From a virus, in the IMG/VR virus record IMGVR_UViG_3300004369_000028, positions 1 through 47,424 of that record: a stretch of 47,424 nucleotides of DNA. One strand, given 5' to 3'. The position numbers and the translations under genes were made by a program. This document shows positions 7,608 through 17,451 of the stretch, one piece after another. The notes under the pieces were generated by a model, which searched no databases, was not told where the DNA came from, and saw only the letters and a program-made list of their open reading frames with translations. Numbering within the stretch: position 1 is the first letter of the stretch; the number at the start of each line of letters is the position of its first letter.

Positions 7608-8034
7608 CCTTAGGTTGTGCTGGTTTTGAGCCTCTTTTCGGGCCTTGACTAACCCTACCACGTACCCAAAAGATATTCAAGCACTAATTCGGATATAAGA
7701 AAACTATACTTTCGGATAGGTCACCGCCAGTGCAACCTTAGGTTGTATCTTGCAACTTTTTACAACCTATACGTGCAAACTGGGCAAATAACCTTAGGTT
7801 GTATTTTGTTTTTGTTTACAACCTTAGGTTGTACTGGGCGACACATTGACGAAAGTATGTATTTGATCCGAAAGGATAGTTTGCCTATCCAATAGGTCGA
7901 TTTTTGGGATAAAGCCGATTTTATGGCCTAGGGTACCAGAAAACCCTTTCGGCCCTGTACGGGCCTTTTTGGGGCCTCTACGGCGATTTCTGCTTTAACG
8001 GGTATTTATCTGACAAAATACAACCCTAGGTTGA
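7608..8034. promoter_or_regulatory. cluster of ACAACC-N3-GGTTGT inverted-repeat (operator-like) sites
   Basis: Full sites are GCAACCTTAGGTTGT (7732..7746), TAACCTTAGGTTGT (7789..7802) and ACAACCTTAGGTTGT (7818..7832). Partial or variant sites are CCTTAGGTTGT (7608..7618) and ACAACCCTAGGTTGA (8020..8034). A degenerate ACAACCATAAGGTGT lies at 7514..7528. Confidence 0.7.
7951..7970 (+). terminator. small hairpin plus T-run (terminator-like)
   Basis: GGCCC-TGTAC-GGGCC followed by TTTTT, inside the non-coding hub. Confidence 0.3.
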
Positions 8035-8174
8035 TATATAATATAATTATAATGTGTTATCCGAAAGGATAGAAAAAAAGTGCAAAACTATCCTTTTGCG
8101 CCATTGTTTTCTGTTTTTAGCTGTGCGATAAACAATTATCGAAAGACAACAACGAAAACCGAAAGGACGACACA

Positions 8175-8354
8175 ATGACTAGACAAGAATACAAAGACTG
8201 GGCAAAGAAAAAGGTTGCTAACCTAGTGGATCAACATGCAGCACAAAGGCAGCTTTTCAATGAATACTATGACAAGGGCGATCAAGATAGTACAACTTAT
8301 TATCGTGAACGCATGGAAGCAACAATGACCGAAATTCTGGCCTTTATCGAATAA
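8175..8354 (+). CDS. hypothetical small protein (59 aa)
   Basis: Not in the ORF track (under 60 aa). The sequence is MTRQEYKDWAKKKVANLVDQHAAQRQLFNEYYDKGDQDSTTYYRERMEATMTEILAFIE. It is preceded by AAAGGACGACACAATG, the same RBS context as the next two genes. Confidence 0.55.
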   Translation: MTRQEYKDWAKKKVANLVDQHAAQRQLFNEYYDKGDQDSTTYYRERMEATMTEILAFIE

Positions 8355-8362
8355 CAACCCAA

Positions 8363-8378
8363 GGGGCCATAAGGCCCC
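8363..8378 (+). repeat. intercistronic hairpin GGGGCC-ATAA-GGCCCC (copy 1)
   Basis: The exact 21-mer GGGGCCATAAGGCCCCACCAC/A recurs at 8627. No T-run follows it. Confidence 0.8.
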
Positions 8379-8409
8379 ACCACAACCCAAACCAAGAAAG
8401 GAAAACACA

Positions 8410-8622
8410 ATGAAAACCCAAGCCAAAACAACAGTAGAAACATATATCATTATTAACAACGGCGTTAAAACCCGTCAGGCAATGGCCGACGATTTAGGGT
8501 TGCCATATGTAAAACTTGCAACAATTGTCGCCCGTTTGCGCCGTAATGGTAAAATCCGCAATTTACCTAATGGTTTTCGGGATCACACTTTCGGATTGCA
8601 AAAGCCAATTGAACGCCTATAA
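8410..8622 (+). CDS. small HTH/winged-helix DNA-binding protein
   Basis: 70 aa. TRQAMADDLGLPYVKLATIVARLRRNGKI looks like a helix-turn-helix plus a basic wing. Confidence 0.5.
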   Translation: MKTQAKTTVETYIIINNGVKTRQAMADDLGLPYVKLATIVARLRRNGKIRNLPNGFRDHTFGLQKPIERL

Positions 8623-8626
8623 TGTA

Positions 8627-8642
8627 GGGGCCATAAGGCCCC
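8627..8642 (+). repeat. intercistronic hairpin GGGGCC-ATAA-GGCCCC (copy 2)
   Basis: Identical hairpin immediately after the stop at 8622. Confidence 0.8.
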
Positions 8643-8667
8643 ACCAAACAACAAAAGGATCAACACA

Positions 8668-8826
8668 ATGTTAAAATATATCGCCCTTTTCGCCCTTGCG
8701 TTTTACCTAGGGAAATTTTCTTACGGCATTGCCCTTGACAGTGACGGATTCGGGATTTTCGTTCCTAATCTTGGCGGCTATCATGTCTCATTGATCAACC
8801 CAGAAGACACGGGGTTTTACCAATGA
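8668..8826 (+). CDS. hypothetical small membrane protein (52 aa)
   Basis: Not in the track. The sequence is MLKYIALFALAFYLGKFSYGIALDSDGFGIFVPNLGGYHVSLINPEDTGFYQ, preceded by AAAAGGATCAACACAATG. Confidence 0.45.
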   Translation: MLKYIALFALAFYLGKFSYGIALDSDGFGIFVPNLGGYHVSLINPEDTGFYQ

Positions 8827-8900
8827 TACTGTTCTATATCTGTTTAGGTTTGGCAATTGGTGCAATTGTCGGTATCGTAATTGTAAACATAGGGGAATGA
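8823..8900 (+). CDS. hypothetical 25-aa hydrophobic peptide
   Basis: MILFYICLGLAIGAIVGIVIVNIGE. It has ATGA overlaps with both neighbours. Confidence 0.3.
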   Translation: MILFYICLGLAIGAIVGIVIVNIGE

Positions 8901-9499
8901 AAATGGACAAGCTAGTTGAAAACATTCTATCAGTATATGGGCAAGCTACACGCAAGGAACACAATGACGGCCTTTTGTGGTATAAACGAGCAAAACGTCA
9001 ATGCAATGCCCTAGCAAAAGAACAGGGGTTACCGATACGCAAGGTTGTTGGGGTTGTTGCTGCTACCAGCCCAAACTTGGCTTGGTCAAGGAACGTATAC
9101 ACAGCAAAACAGGTTGTACAAGGATATATACAAGGGGTTGCCGTTTGTGATATTCCAAACTGTTCTGCATATCCTGCCAATAGGTCAAAAGGTTACAGGG
9201 TTTTAGACTGTGCCAATAGATCAGATACCATAACCAAGGTATTAAACGGACCAAAGATAAAGGCCTTTTATGACAACATATTAGGCGGGGATTCTGTGAC
9301 AATTGACGGACACGCAAGAAACATTGCCTATGGTCAACGCCTTGCCCTAAAGGATAAACGCCTATCCATAGGCAAGGCCGAATATAACAAGCTAGAAAAT
9401 GCCTATCGCAAGGCCGCAAGTATTCTGGGCATTAAAGCTAGTGCTTTACAGGCTATCACATGGACCACATGGAGGCGCATAAATCAAATAAGAGTTTAG
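8897..9499 (+). CDS. hypothetical protein
   Basis: 200-aa track ORF. No motif was recognised with confidence. Confidence 0.6.
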   Translation: MKMDKLVENILSVYGQATRKEHNDGLLWYKRAKRQCNALAKEQGLPIRKVVGVVAATSPNLAWSRNVYTAKQVVQGYIQGVAVCDIPNCSAYPANRSKGYRVLDCANRSDTITKVLNGPKIKAFYDNILGGDSVTIDGHARNIAYGQRLALKDKRLSIGKAEYNKLENAYRKAASILGIKASALQAITWTTWRRINQIRV

Positions 9500-9520
9500 G
9501 TTGTGTTGACCTATCAACTA

Positions 9521-9550
9521 GGGTAGCTTTCGGGCTACCCCTTTTTGTTT
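9521..9550 (+). terminator. rho-independent terminator
   Basis: GGGTAGC-TTTCGG-GCTACCC followed by CTTTTTGTTT, 22 nt after the stop at 9499. Confidence 0.7.
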
Positions 9551-9712
9551 ATATATCAAAGGATTAACGCCAGAAAAGAAAGGATATACTGTGAACAGTC
9601 TTTAGGGTTGATTAGTCTAAACGGGTTGCGCCCTATCCGTCCGAGTGTCAAGATTTTCTTGGGTATCACTTGGGTATACTGACGGACACATGGGACCCTC
9701 CCAAAAGTATTC

Positions 9713-9728
9713 CTTATTTCCACGGAGG
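9713..9728 (+). repeat. remote copy of the 7199..7302 motif
   Basis: CTTATTTCCACGGAGG shares CTTATTTCCAC and GGAGG with the hub repeat and has the same orientation. Confidence 0.5.
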
Positions 9729-9857
9729 CTGCGTAACCACCCACATCTGCAAAACAAAAAATTTCAAAGTGTTACCTAAAAGACACACAAGTGACACCAC
9801 AGATAAAAAAAAGATTCTTTTGTTTACAACGGGTTATACAACACCATTAAAAAAGTT

Positions 9858-9886
9858 GTGGACAAAAGTATAAAAAAGTACCATAT
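9858..9886 (+). promoter_or_regulatory. promoter-like element GTGGACA-N13-GTACCATAT (copy A)
   Basis: GTGGACA AAAGTATAAAAAA GTACCATAT, 139 nt upstream of the terS ATG. Confidence 0.55.
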
Positions 9887-9893
9887 GTAAGTA

Positions 9894-9986
9894 TAGGGGT
9901 ACTATACTATAGTATAATCAAAAGGTTAAGACTACCCACATATTTACATGTTAGATTGAAACTAAAGTAATACTATAGTACCCCTA
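9894..9986. repeat. 13-bp perfect inverted repeat with embedded TACTATAGTA palindromes
   Basis: TAGGGGTACTATA (9894..9906) pairs with TATAGTACCCCTA (9974..9986). The palindrome TACTATAGTA lies at 9905..9914 and 9971..9980, and a TATAAT at 9913..9918. Confidence 0.85.
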
Positions 9987-10024
9987 CACTTCTCCTATCA
10001 CATTATTTTGGTGTTGTTGTTGTC

Positions 10025-10411
10025 ATGGACAAATTAAATTATAGTGAGGTCATAGCTAAAGCTGTCCGACAAGGCATTCGGAATGGTGTTGCAGTAAAAG
10101 ATATTATGGCCTCTATCCAAAAGTATCAAAACGCCCCATCTAGTTCAGCTACATTCTATAAGTTGTATGGGGATGACATTGCTCAAGAAAGAGCAGAAAT
10201 TGTAGGTATGATCGGTTCTGTTGTTATCCAACAGGCATTAGACGGTGACCTAAAAGCTGCTGAGTTTTACTTGCGGTCTAAAGGTGGCTGGAGTCCTACA
10301 CAAACAAACATTGAGGTAGAAGGCTCTGGTGATGCTGACGAGGACACAGGGGCTATTGATTCCCTTATGGCACTCTTAGGTAAAACAAATGAGTCTCCCG
10401 ATAACAGCTAA
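10025..10411 (+). CDS. terS: terminase small subunit (putative)
   Basis: 128 aa, immediately upstream of and overlapping terL. It has an N-terminal HTH-like segment and a ...AAEFYLRSKGGW motif typical of small terminases. Confidence 0.55.
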   Translation: MDKLNYSEVIAKAVRQGIRNGVAVKDIMASIQKYQNAPSSSATFYKLYGDDIAQERAEIVGMIGSVVIQQALDGDLKAAEFYLRSKGGWSPTQTNIEVEGSGDADEDTGAIDSLMALLGKTNESPDNS

Positions 10412-11741
10412 TGATTTACGTGAATTACCCGATACAGAAGTAGCAGACATACTGCGAAAGCTAGGGCCAAAACAAGCAGAAGAACTTCGGTACAACTGGG
10501 AGTTTTGGGCTAGACCAGAGCAACTAGAGCCTTCGGGTAACTGGAATGCATGGTTGGCCCTAGCAGGTCGTGGATGGGGTAAGACCCGTGCAGGTGCAGA
10601 ATGGGTACGTCATCGTATTAAAAAAGGTGACAAGATTGTACACTGTGTTGCACCTACAAAGGGTGACGTTAGACGAGTTATGGTTGAGGGCGACAGTGGG
10701 TTACTCAATGTTTGTTGGAAAGATGATAAGACATATAGTGGAAAAAACATTGGATTTCCTGTATGGTCGCCTACGAATAACACATTAACATGGGAAAACG
10801 GAAGTAAGGCTGTATTCTTCTCAGCAGAGGACCCAGAACGACTTCGTGGCCCACAGGCTTACTCAGCTTGGACAGACGAGTTATGTGCTTGGCGTAATGC
10901 ACAAGAAACTTGGGATATGATGATGTTTGGCCTACGTTTGGGCAAAAACCCTCAAGTTTTTATTACTACTACGCCAAAAACAACAAAATTGTTAAGAAAT
11001 ATTATTTCTGACCCAAAAACTATAATTTCTAAAGGTTCTACGTTTGATAATGCGGCAAACCTTGCAGATACGTTTCTTGATGCGGTCAAAAAGACCTACG
11101 AAGGTACAAGACTTGGTAGGCAGGAATTATATGCAGAGATATTGGACGAAGCCTCTGGTGCTCTTTGGAGTAGAGAGATGTTGTTCAAATGTGAGTTAGA
11201 CCGTGATGAGGTTCCCCCCTTGTCACGGGTAGTCGTGTCTGTAGACCCAGCTATTACAAACAAAACAGACAGTGACATGACAGGAATTATTGTTGCTGGC
11301 ATAGATCAGGATGGTATAGCCTATGTGTTAGAGGATCACACAGGAAACTACAGTCCTAAAGAATGGGCTGAAAAAACCATTCAACTTTATCACGAACATA
11401 TGGCAGACCGCATTGTTGCTGAACGCAACCAAGGTGGCGATATGGTCCGACATACTCTGCAAACAGAAGATGAAAACGTCCCGATTAAGCTGGTACATGC
11501 TAGTCGTGGTAAGATGGCACGGGCTGAACCCGTTTCAGCACTTTACGAGCAAGGCAAAGTAAAACATGTCAAGGGACTTAATGAGTTAGAAGATCAGATG
11601 GTACAGTGGGAACCTCTAGGGTCCATAGGCTCACCAGACCGTCTTGATGCTATGGTATGGGCTATAACGGACCTCTCACTGAACGGATATGCAAAACCAC
11701 AATTAATACTAGCATATTCGAATGCCAAAGGTTTAAGATAA
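10389..11741 (+). CDS. terL: terminase large subunit
   Basis: 450 aa. It has a Walker A-like GRGWGKTRAGAEW and a C-terminal nuclease region (VSVDPA...DMTGIIVAG...DRLDAMVWA). Confidence 0.9.
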   Translation: MSLPITANDLRELPDTEVADILRKLGPKQAEELRYNWEFWARPEQLEPSGNWNAWLALAGRGWGKTRAGAEWVRHRIKKGDKIVHCVAPTKGDVRRVMVEGDSGLLNVCWKDDKTYSGKNIGFPVWSPTNNTLTWENGSKAVFFSAEDPERLRGPQAYSAWTDELCAWRNAQETWDMMMFGLRLGKNPQVFITTTPKTTKLLRNIISDPKTIISKGSTFDNAANLADTFLDAVKKTYEGTRLGRQELYAEILDEASGALWSREMLFKCELDRDEVPPLSRVVVSVDPAITNKTDSDMTGIIVAGIDQDGIAYVLEDHTGNYSPKEWAEKTIQLYHEHMADRIVAERNQGGDMVRHTLQTEDENVPIKLVHASRGKMARAEPVSALYEQGKVKHVKGLNELEDQMVQWEPLGSIGSPDRLDAMVWAITDLSLNGYAKPQLILAYSNAKGLR

Positions 11742-13091
11742 ATGGTAAAGAAACTGTCAACTACGGAAGCTACGCAAGTATTAGGTATTGCTGGCGATAA
11801 CACACACAACGGTCAAATCCGTGCAGACGAGTTTCTAGCCGAATTACGTGGCAAGAAAGCTATAAACAAGTTTCGTGAAATGCGAGACAACGATAGCACT
11901 ATTGGCGCAGTGATGTATGCAACAGAACAAGTGTTGCGTGATGTAGATTTAAAAGTGGAGCCAGCAAATGACACACCTGCTGCACAACGTGAAGCTGAAT
12001 TTGTCGAAAGTGTTCTCAGTGATATGGAGCATTCCCTTGATGACCATGTTGCAGAAGCATTGTCGTCATTGTCTTATGGCTTTGCTTGGTTTGAGGTTGT
12101 ATATAAACGGCGTGTTGGACCGTCTGAAACAAACCCTAAGAAAAAGTCTAAATTTAGTGATGGACGCATGGGTGTACGCAAAATTGCTATTCGTGCGCCT
12201 TGGACAGTCTCTAGGTTTGAAGTAGATAAGCAGACAGGCGAAGTATTGGGGGTCTACCAAGAAGGTAGTTATGCAGGAACTAATAAACACTTTATCCCTA
12301 GCCGCAAAAGTCTTTATTACAGAACTACTACAATTAATGGTGATCCTGCTGGGCGCAGCATCCTTCGGAATGCTTATACTAGCTATCAGTATCTCAATAA
12401 TTTACAGGCGATTGAGGCAATTGCCGTGGAACGTGAGTTGGCAGGTATTCCTGTGGCTAGGATTCCTAGTGAGTATTTGTCTTCTGATGCTACCTCTGCC
12501 CAAGCCAATTTCGTTGCCAACTTGCAGCAGATTCTGCGTGACGTTAAGTTTAACGAGCAAGGATACATCATCACACCATCTGACACGTACCCCGATAGTA
12601 ACGGAAGTCCTACCAACATTAGATTAGTTGATGTTGAATTGATGGCAAGTAATGGTAAGAGGAACATAGAAATTGACCCTATTGTTCGTCGTTATCAACA
12701 TGACATTGCTAGAAGTGTGCTATCCGAATTTCTCATGCTTGGAACTCAAGGCGGTTCGTATGCCTTGTCCAAGTCTAAGACAGACTTGTTCCTACGAGCA
12801 CTTGAGTCCTACATTCAAGCTATTGTGGACGTTTTAAATAAACAACTAATAGAACGACTATGGGAACTAAATGGTCTAAACTATGACTTAATGCCAGTTA
12901 TTAAAGCTGGTGATGTCGCACCGCATGATCTTCGTGAGATTGCTGGATTCCTGCGTAACCTCAACGGCGCAGATATTAACGTAAGCAATCATCCAGAGGT
13001 TATACAAAATCTTATGGATATTGCTGAACTCAATTATGACCCTGACGTTGGGGTTGAACAAGAACAACAAGAAATAGAACAGGAAAACTAA
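11742..13091 (+). CDS. portal protein
   Basis: 449 aa, starting directly after the terL stop. It has an acidic C-terminus. The call rests on size and position. Confidence 0.7.
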   Translation: MVKKLSTTEATQVLGIAGDNTHNGQIRADEFLAELRGKKAINKFREMRDNDSTIGAVMYATEQVLRDVDLKVEPANDTPAAQREAEFVESVLSDMEHSLDDHVAEALSSLSYGFAWFEVVYKRRVGPSETNPKKKSKFSDGRMGVRKIAIRAPWTVSRFEVDKQTGEVLGVYQEGSYAGTNKHFIPSRKSLYYRTTTINGDPAGRSILRNAYTSYQYLNNLQAIEAIAVERELAGIPVARIPSEYLSSDATSAQANFVANLQQILRDVKFNEQGYIITPSDTYPDSNGSPTNIRLVDVELMASNGKRNIEIDPIVRRYQHDIARSVLSEFLMLGTQGGSYALSKSKTDLFLRALESYIQAIVDVLNKQLIERLWELNGLNYDLMPVIKAGDVAPHDLREIAGFLRNLNGADINVSNHPEVIQNLMDIAELNYDPDVGVEQEQQEIEQEN

Positions 13092-13092
13092 G

Positions 13093-13464
13093 ATGGCATT
13101 TTTAGCTGATAAGGTCTTTGACGAGGGCTTGAACATCCTCGACCAAGATGCAAATGCAATTCACGTTACTTCACAAGAAGCAACTACATATACGGAAGCA
13201 ACATCAACATACACACTAGGAAGTTCTACGTCACTTTCTATCGGAGCACCTGCTGACCGTACTGGCGGTGGTCGTAAAGTAACGGTGGCAGCTATTACGG
13301 ATGGGTCAATCTCAGGGACTGGCACAGTTACTCACTATGCTATTGTTGACACAACCAACAGTATCTTGCTTGCAACTGCTGCTTTGACAGCATCACAGTC
13401 CGTTACCTCTGGTAACACATTTACATTGGCAACATTTGATATTGGTATCCCTGATCCATCATAA
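13093..13464 (+). CDS. hypothetical Ser/Thr/Ala-rich structural protein
   Basis: 123-aa track ORF. Confidence 0.5.
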   Translation: MAFLADKVFDEGLNILDQDANAIHVTSQEATTYTEATSTYTLGSSTSLSIGAPADRTGGGRKVTVAAITDGSISGTGTVTHYAIVDTTNSILLATAALTASQSVTSGNTFTLATFDIGIPDPS

Positions 13465-13474
13465 GGACTAAATT

Positions 13475-14893
13475 ATGGCACTTGTAATTAAAGATCGTGT
13501 AAAGGAGAGTAGCACAACAACTGGTACTGGTTCTTTCACCCTCGCAGGTGCCGAAACAGGGTTTCGTACATTTGCTTCTATAGGTGATGGAAACACCACT
13601 TACTATGCAGCCCAGATGGGAGATAGCTGGGAAGTTGGACTAGGGACGTATACGTCCTCTGGTAGTTCTTTGTCTAGGGACACTGTTTTGGCTTCTTCCA
13701 ACTCTGGAAACAAAGTTGATTGGGGCGCAGGTACAAAAATAGTATTTGTTACGCAACCTGCTGATAAAGCAGTTTACACAAATGCTAGTGGTGGTGTTGC
13801 AAATGCAGATACAGATGACCTTACCGAAGGTTCTTCTAATTTGTATTTTACGAATGCTAGAGTAGATGCACATTTGTCGGGTGGGACAGGGGTAACCTAT
13901 TCCTCTGGTACTATTTCTATCGGACAGGCTGTAGGTACTACAAGTAATGTTACTTTTAACAGGGTAACATCTACTCAGGACCCAACTTCTGCAACTCACT
14001 TGGCAACTAAACAGTACGTAGACACTGTTGCTGCTGCTGGTATACACTATCATACACCAGTTCGTGTTGAATCTCCAGACTCTGCTGGAAACCTAAATGC
14101 TACATATAATAATGGTAGTTCAGGTGTTGGTGCTACACTAACAAACAACGGAACTCAGGCTGCATTGGTTATGGACGGAATAACTTTGTCAGTTAATGAT
14201 AGAGTTCTTATCTATAACCAAACTAATGCATATGAAAATGGTGTTTATACTGTAACCAATGTAGGTTCTGCATCTACTAACTGGGTACTTACACGTGCTA
14301 CAGACGCAGATAGTTACGGTGCATCAGACCAAGATGCTCTTGGTGAAGGTGACGCATTCTTTGTTAAAGAGGGTGACACAGGTGCTGGTGAACTTTATGT
14401 AATGAATACCAGTGGTACTATTACGTTTGGTACTACTGCTATTAACTTTACAGTTATTGCTGAAACGGCAGTTTATTCTGCTGGTAACAGTCTTACCTTG
14501 GATGGTACCGTTTTTGATACTATTCAAGATATACGCACGACTGCTACACCTACGTTTGCTGGGGTTACAGCACCAATTACGGGAAATGTTACAGGTAACC
14601 TGACAGGAAATGTAACAGGTAACGTGACTGGAGATGTTACTGGAGATATTACAGGAGATGTTACTGGCAACGTAACAGGTAACCTTACGGGTAACGTAAC
14701 AGGTAACCTTACGGGTAACGTAACCTCTTCTGGAACCAGTAACTTTTCTACTATAGATTTTGGTAACTGGACAATAGTAGAATCTAGTGGAAGTCTTTAT
14801 TTCGCATACGATGGCACTAATAAGTTCAAGATGACATCTGATGGTACACTACAAGCTGTCAATGACATATTTACGGACGAAACAATAACATAA
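13475..14893 (+). CDS. fibre-like structural protein with a TGNV tetrapeptide repeat
   Basis: 472 aa. It carries the fibre-type motif DTDDLTEGSSNLYFTNARV and 12 tandem T-G-(N/D)-(V/L/I) units at 14579..14725. Confidence 0.65.
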   Translation: MALVIKDRVKESSTTTGTGSFTLAGAETGFRTFASIGDGNTTYYAAQMGDSWEVGLGTYTSSGSSLSRDTVLASSNSGNKVDWGAGTKIVFVTQPADKAVYTNASGGVANADTDDLTEGSSNLYFTNARVDAHLSGGTGVTYSSGTISIGQAVGTTSNVTFNRVTSTQDPTSATHLATKQYVDTVAAAGIHYHTPVRVESPDSAGNLNATYNNGSSGVGATLTNNGTQAALVMDGITLSVNDRVLIYNQTNAYENGVYTVTNVGSASTNWVLTRATDADSYGASDQDALGEGDAFFVKEGDTGAGELYVMNTSGTITFGTTAINFTVIAETAVYSAGNSLTLDGTVFDTIQDIRTTATPTFAGVTAPITGNVTGNLTGNVTGNVTGDVTGDITGDVTGNVTGNLTGNVTGNLTGNVTSSGTSNFSTIDFGNWTIVESSGSLYFAYDGTNKFKMTSDGTLQAVNDIFTDETIT

Positions 14894-14911
14894 GCCGAGT
14901 GGGACACGAAG

Positions 14912-16512
<1,601 letters not shown>

Positions 16513-16513
<1 letters not shown>

Positions 16514-16929
16514 TGCCTTGGATTATGTTTAACCCAGACAATTCTTTTTGTTCAATAAGCAACGAAAGGTTTAGAACAGACTTCATGTCAAAATGTGGAC
16601 CTGAAAATTTTCAGGTTTATTTAGAGTCCGATCAAATTGATGATTATCCAGAAGATGAAATATCATTACTATGGTATGACCCTGAAACAAACCGTGCTGT
16701 GTTCAATGAAGAACAAGTTCTTGTTGGCTCTGAAAGGTATAAAGGTCAGCTTCTTGAATGGTTAGAGGCTTATCAAGGCGTACCTTTAGATCAAATTCCT
16801 GATGGAGAAACTTTATATAATCAATGTGTAAGTTATTTAGGAAAAGACAGAACAGAATCTTATTGGGCAGACGGCTTTATTGACGCAAATGAAATGACAG
16901 AAATTCAAAATCTTTTGGACGAAAGTTAA
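16513..16929 (+). CDS. hypothetical acidic protein (possibly a fibre assembly factor)
   Basis: 138 aa. Its start overlaps the collagen gene stop (TAATG). Position is the only argument for a chaperone role. Confidence 0.5.
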
Positions 16930-17451
16930 ATGCTTAAAAGATTAAATCCCGACCCAGAAGTTTGTAAAATACTGGCAAAATTTATACTAGACACTAAAAT
17001 GTTTTGGAGTCTTAAAGATAGTGGTTTAGAAAAAATGTCTGTGGAAGAGTGGAAAACTTTCAAACCCACAGGAAATTTTGATATACCGAGAGCAACCAAT
17101 TGTGTTAATCTTGCACCTGATACGATGGCTAGGAAAAAGTTGCAACACGTGGCCGACATGATTGGTGCTACAAGACTAACCAATTACAACTACTATCCTA
17201 AAGGAAACTACCTTACTTGGCATACAAACTCTGATGTACAAGGTATGAGAACTTACTACAGTTTTTGCTCTGGTGGTTATTCTTGTTTTAGATATATTGA
17301 CCCAGACACTAAAGAAATTATAGATGTTGTTGACAACAAGGGTTGGAACGTAAATCAGTTTACAGTAAGCAAAGAAAAACCTCTTTGGCACACTGTATAT
17401 AGTGATACACGGAGATTCTCTTTTGGATTCAATACAGAAAAACATACTTGA
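16930..17451 (+). CDS. hypothetical protein, possibly cupin/2OG-Fe(II)-oxygenase fold
   Basis: 173 aa. NYLTWHTNSD ... PLWHTVYSDTRRFSFGF resembles an H-x-(D/N)...H...R-x-S arrangement, but the match is weak. Confidence 0.35.
   Translation: MLKRLNPDPEVCKILAKFILDTKMFWSLKDSGLEKMSVEEWKTFKPTGNFDIPRATNCVNLAPDTMARKKLQHVADMIGATRLTNYNYYPKGNYLTWHTNSDVQGMRTYYSFCSGGYSCFRYIDPDTKEIIDVVDNKGWNVNQFTVSKEKPLWHTVYSDTRRFSFGFNTEKHT

Noticed and set aside
7138-7661. Track ORFs 7138..7485(-), 7346..7546(-) and 7452..7661(-)
   Set aside because: They are generated by the tandem DNA repeats (peptides such as TPSVEIR and CHCG repeat in step with the DNA motifs). They lack RBS context and overlap one another, so the region is treated as non-coding.
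8223-8459. ORF 8223..8459(-), a hydrophobic 78-aa product
   Set aside because: It is antisense to the well-organised plus-strand small-gene operon, which has repeated RBS contexts. It has no RBS and opposes the local transcription direction.
9556-9873. ORFs 9556..9744(-) and 9670..9873(+) in the gap upstream of terS
   Set aside because: They lie after a strong terminator, contain the repeat motifs, have no RBS and show odd composition. They are treated as non-coding regulatory DNA.
7185-10024. Lysogeny module, integrase or tRNA genes in the large non-coding or small-gene region
   Set aside because: No recombinase-sized ORF or CI-like repressor was recognised anywhere in the genome. No cloverleaf-compatible sequence was seen by eye in the intergenic regions. 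A tRNAscan run would be needed to be certain.
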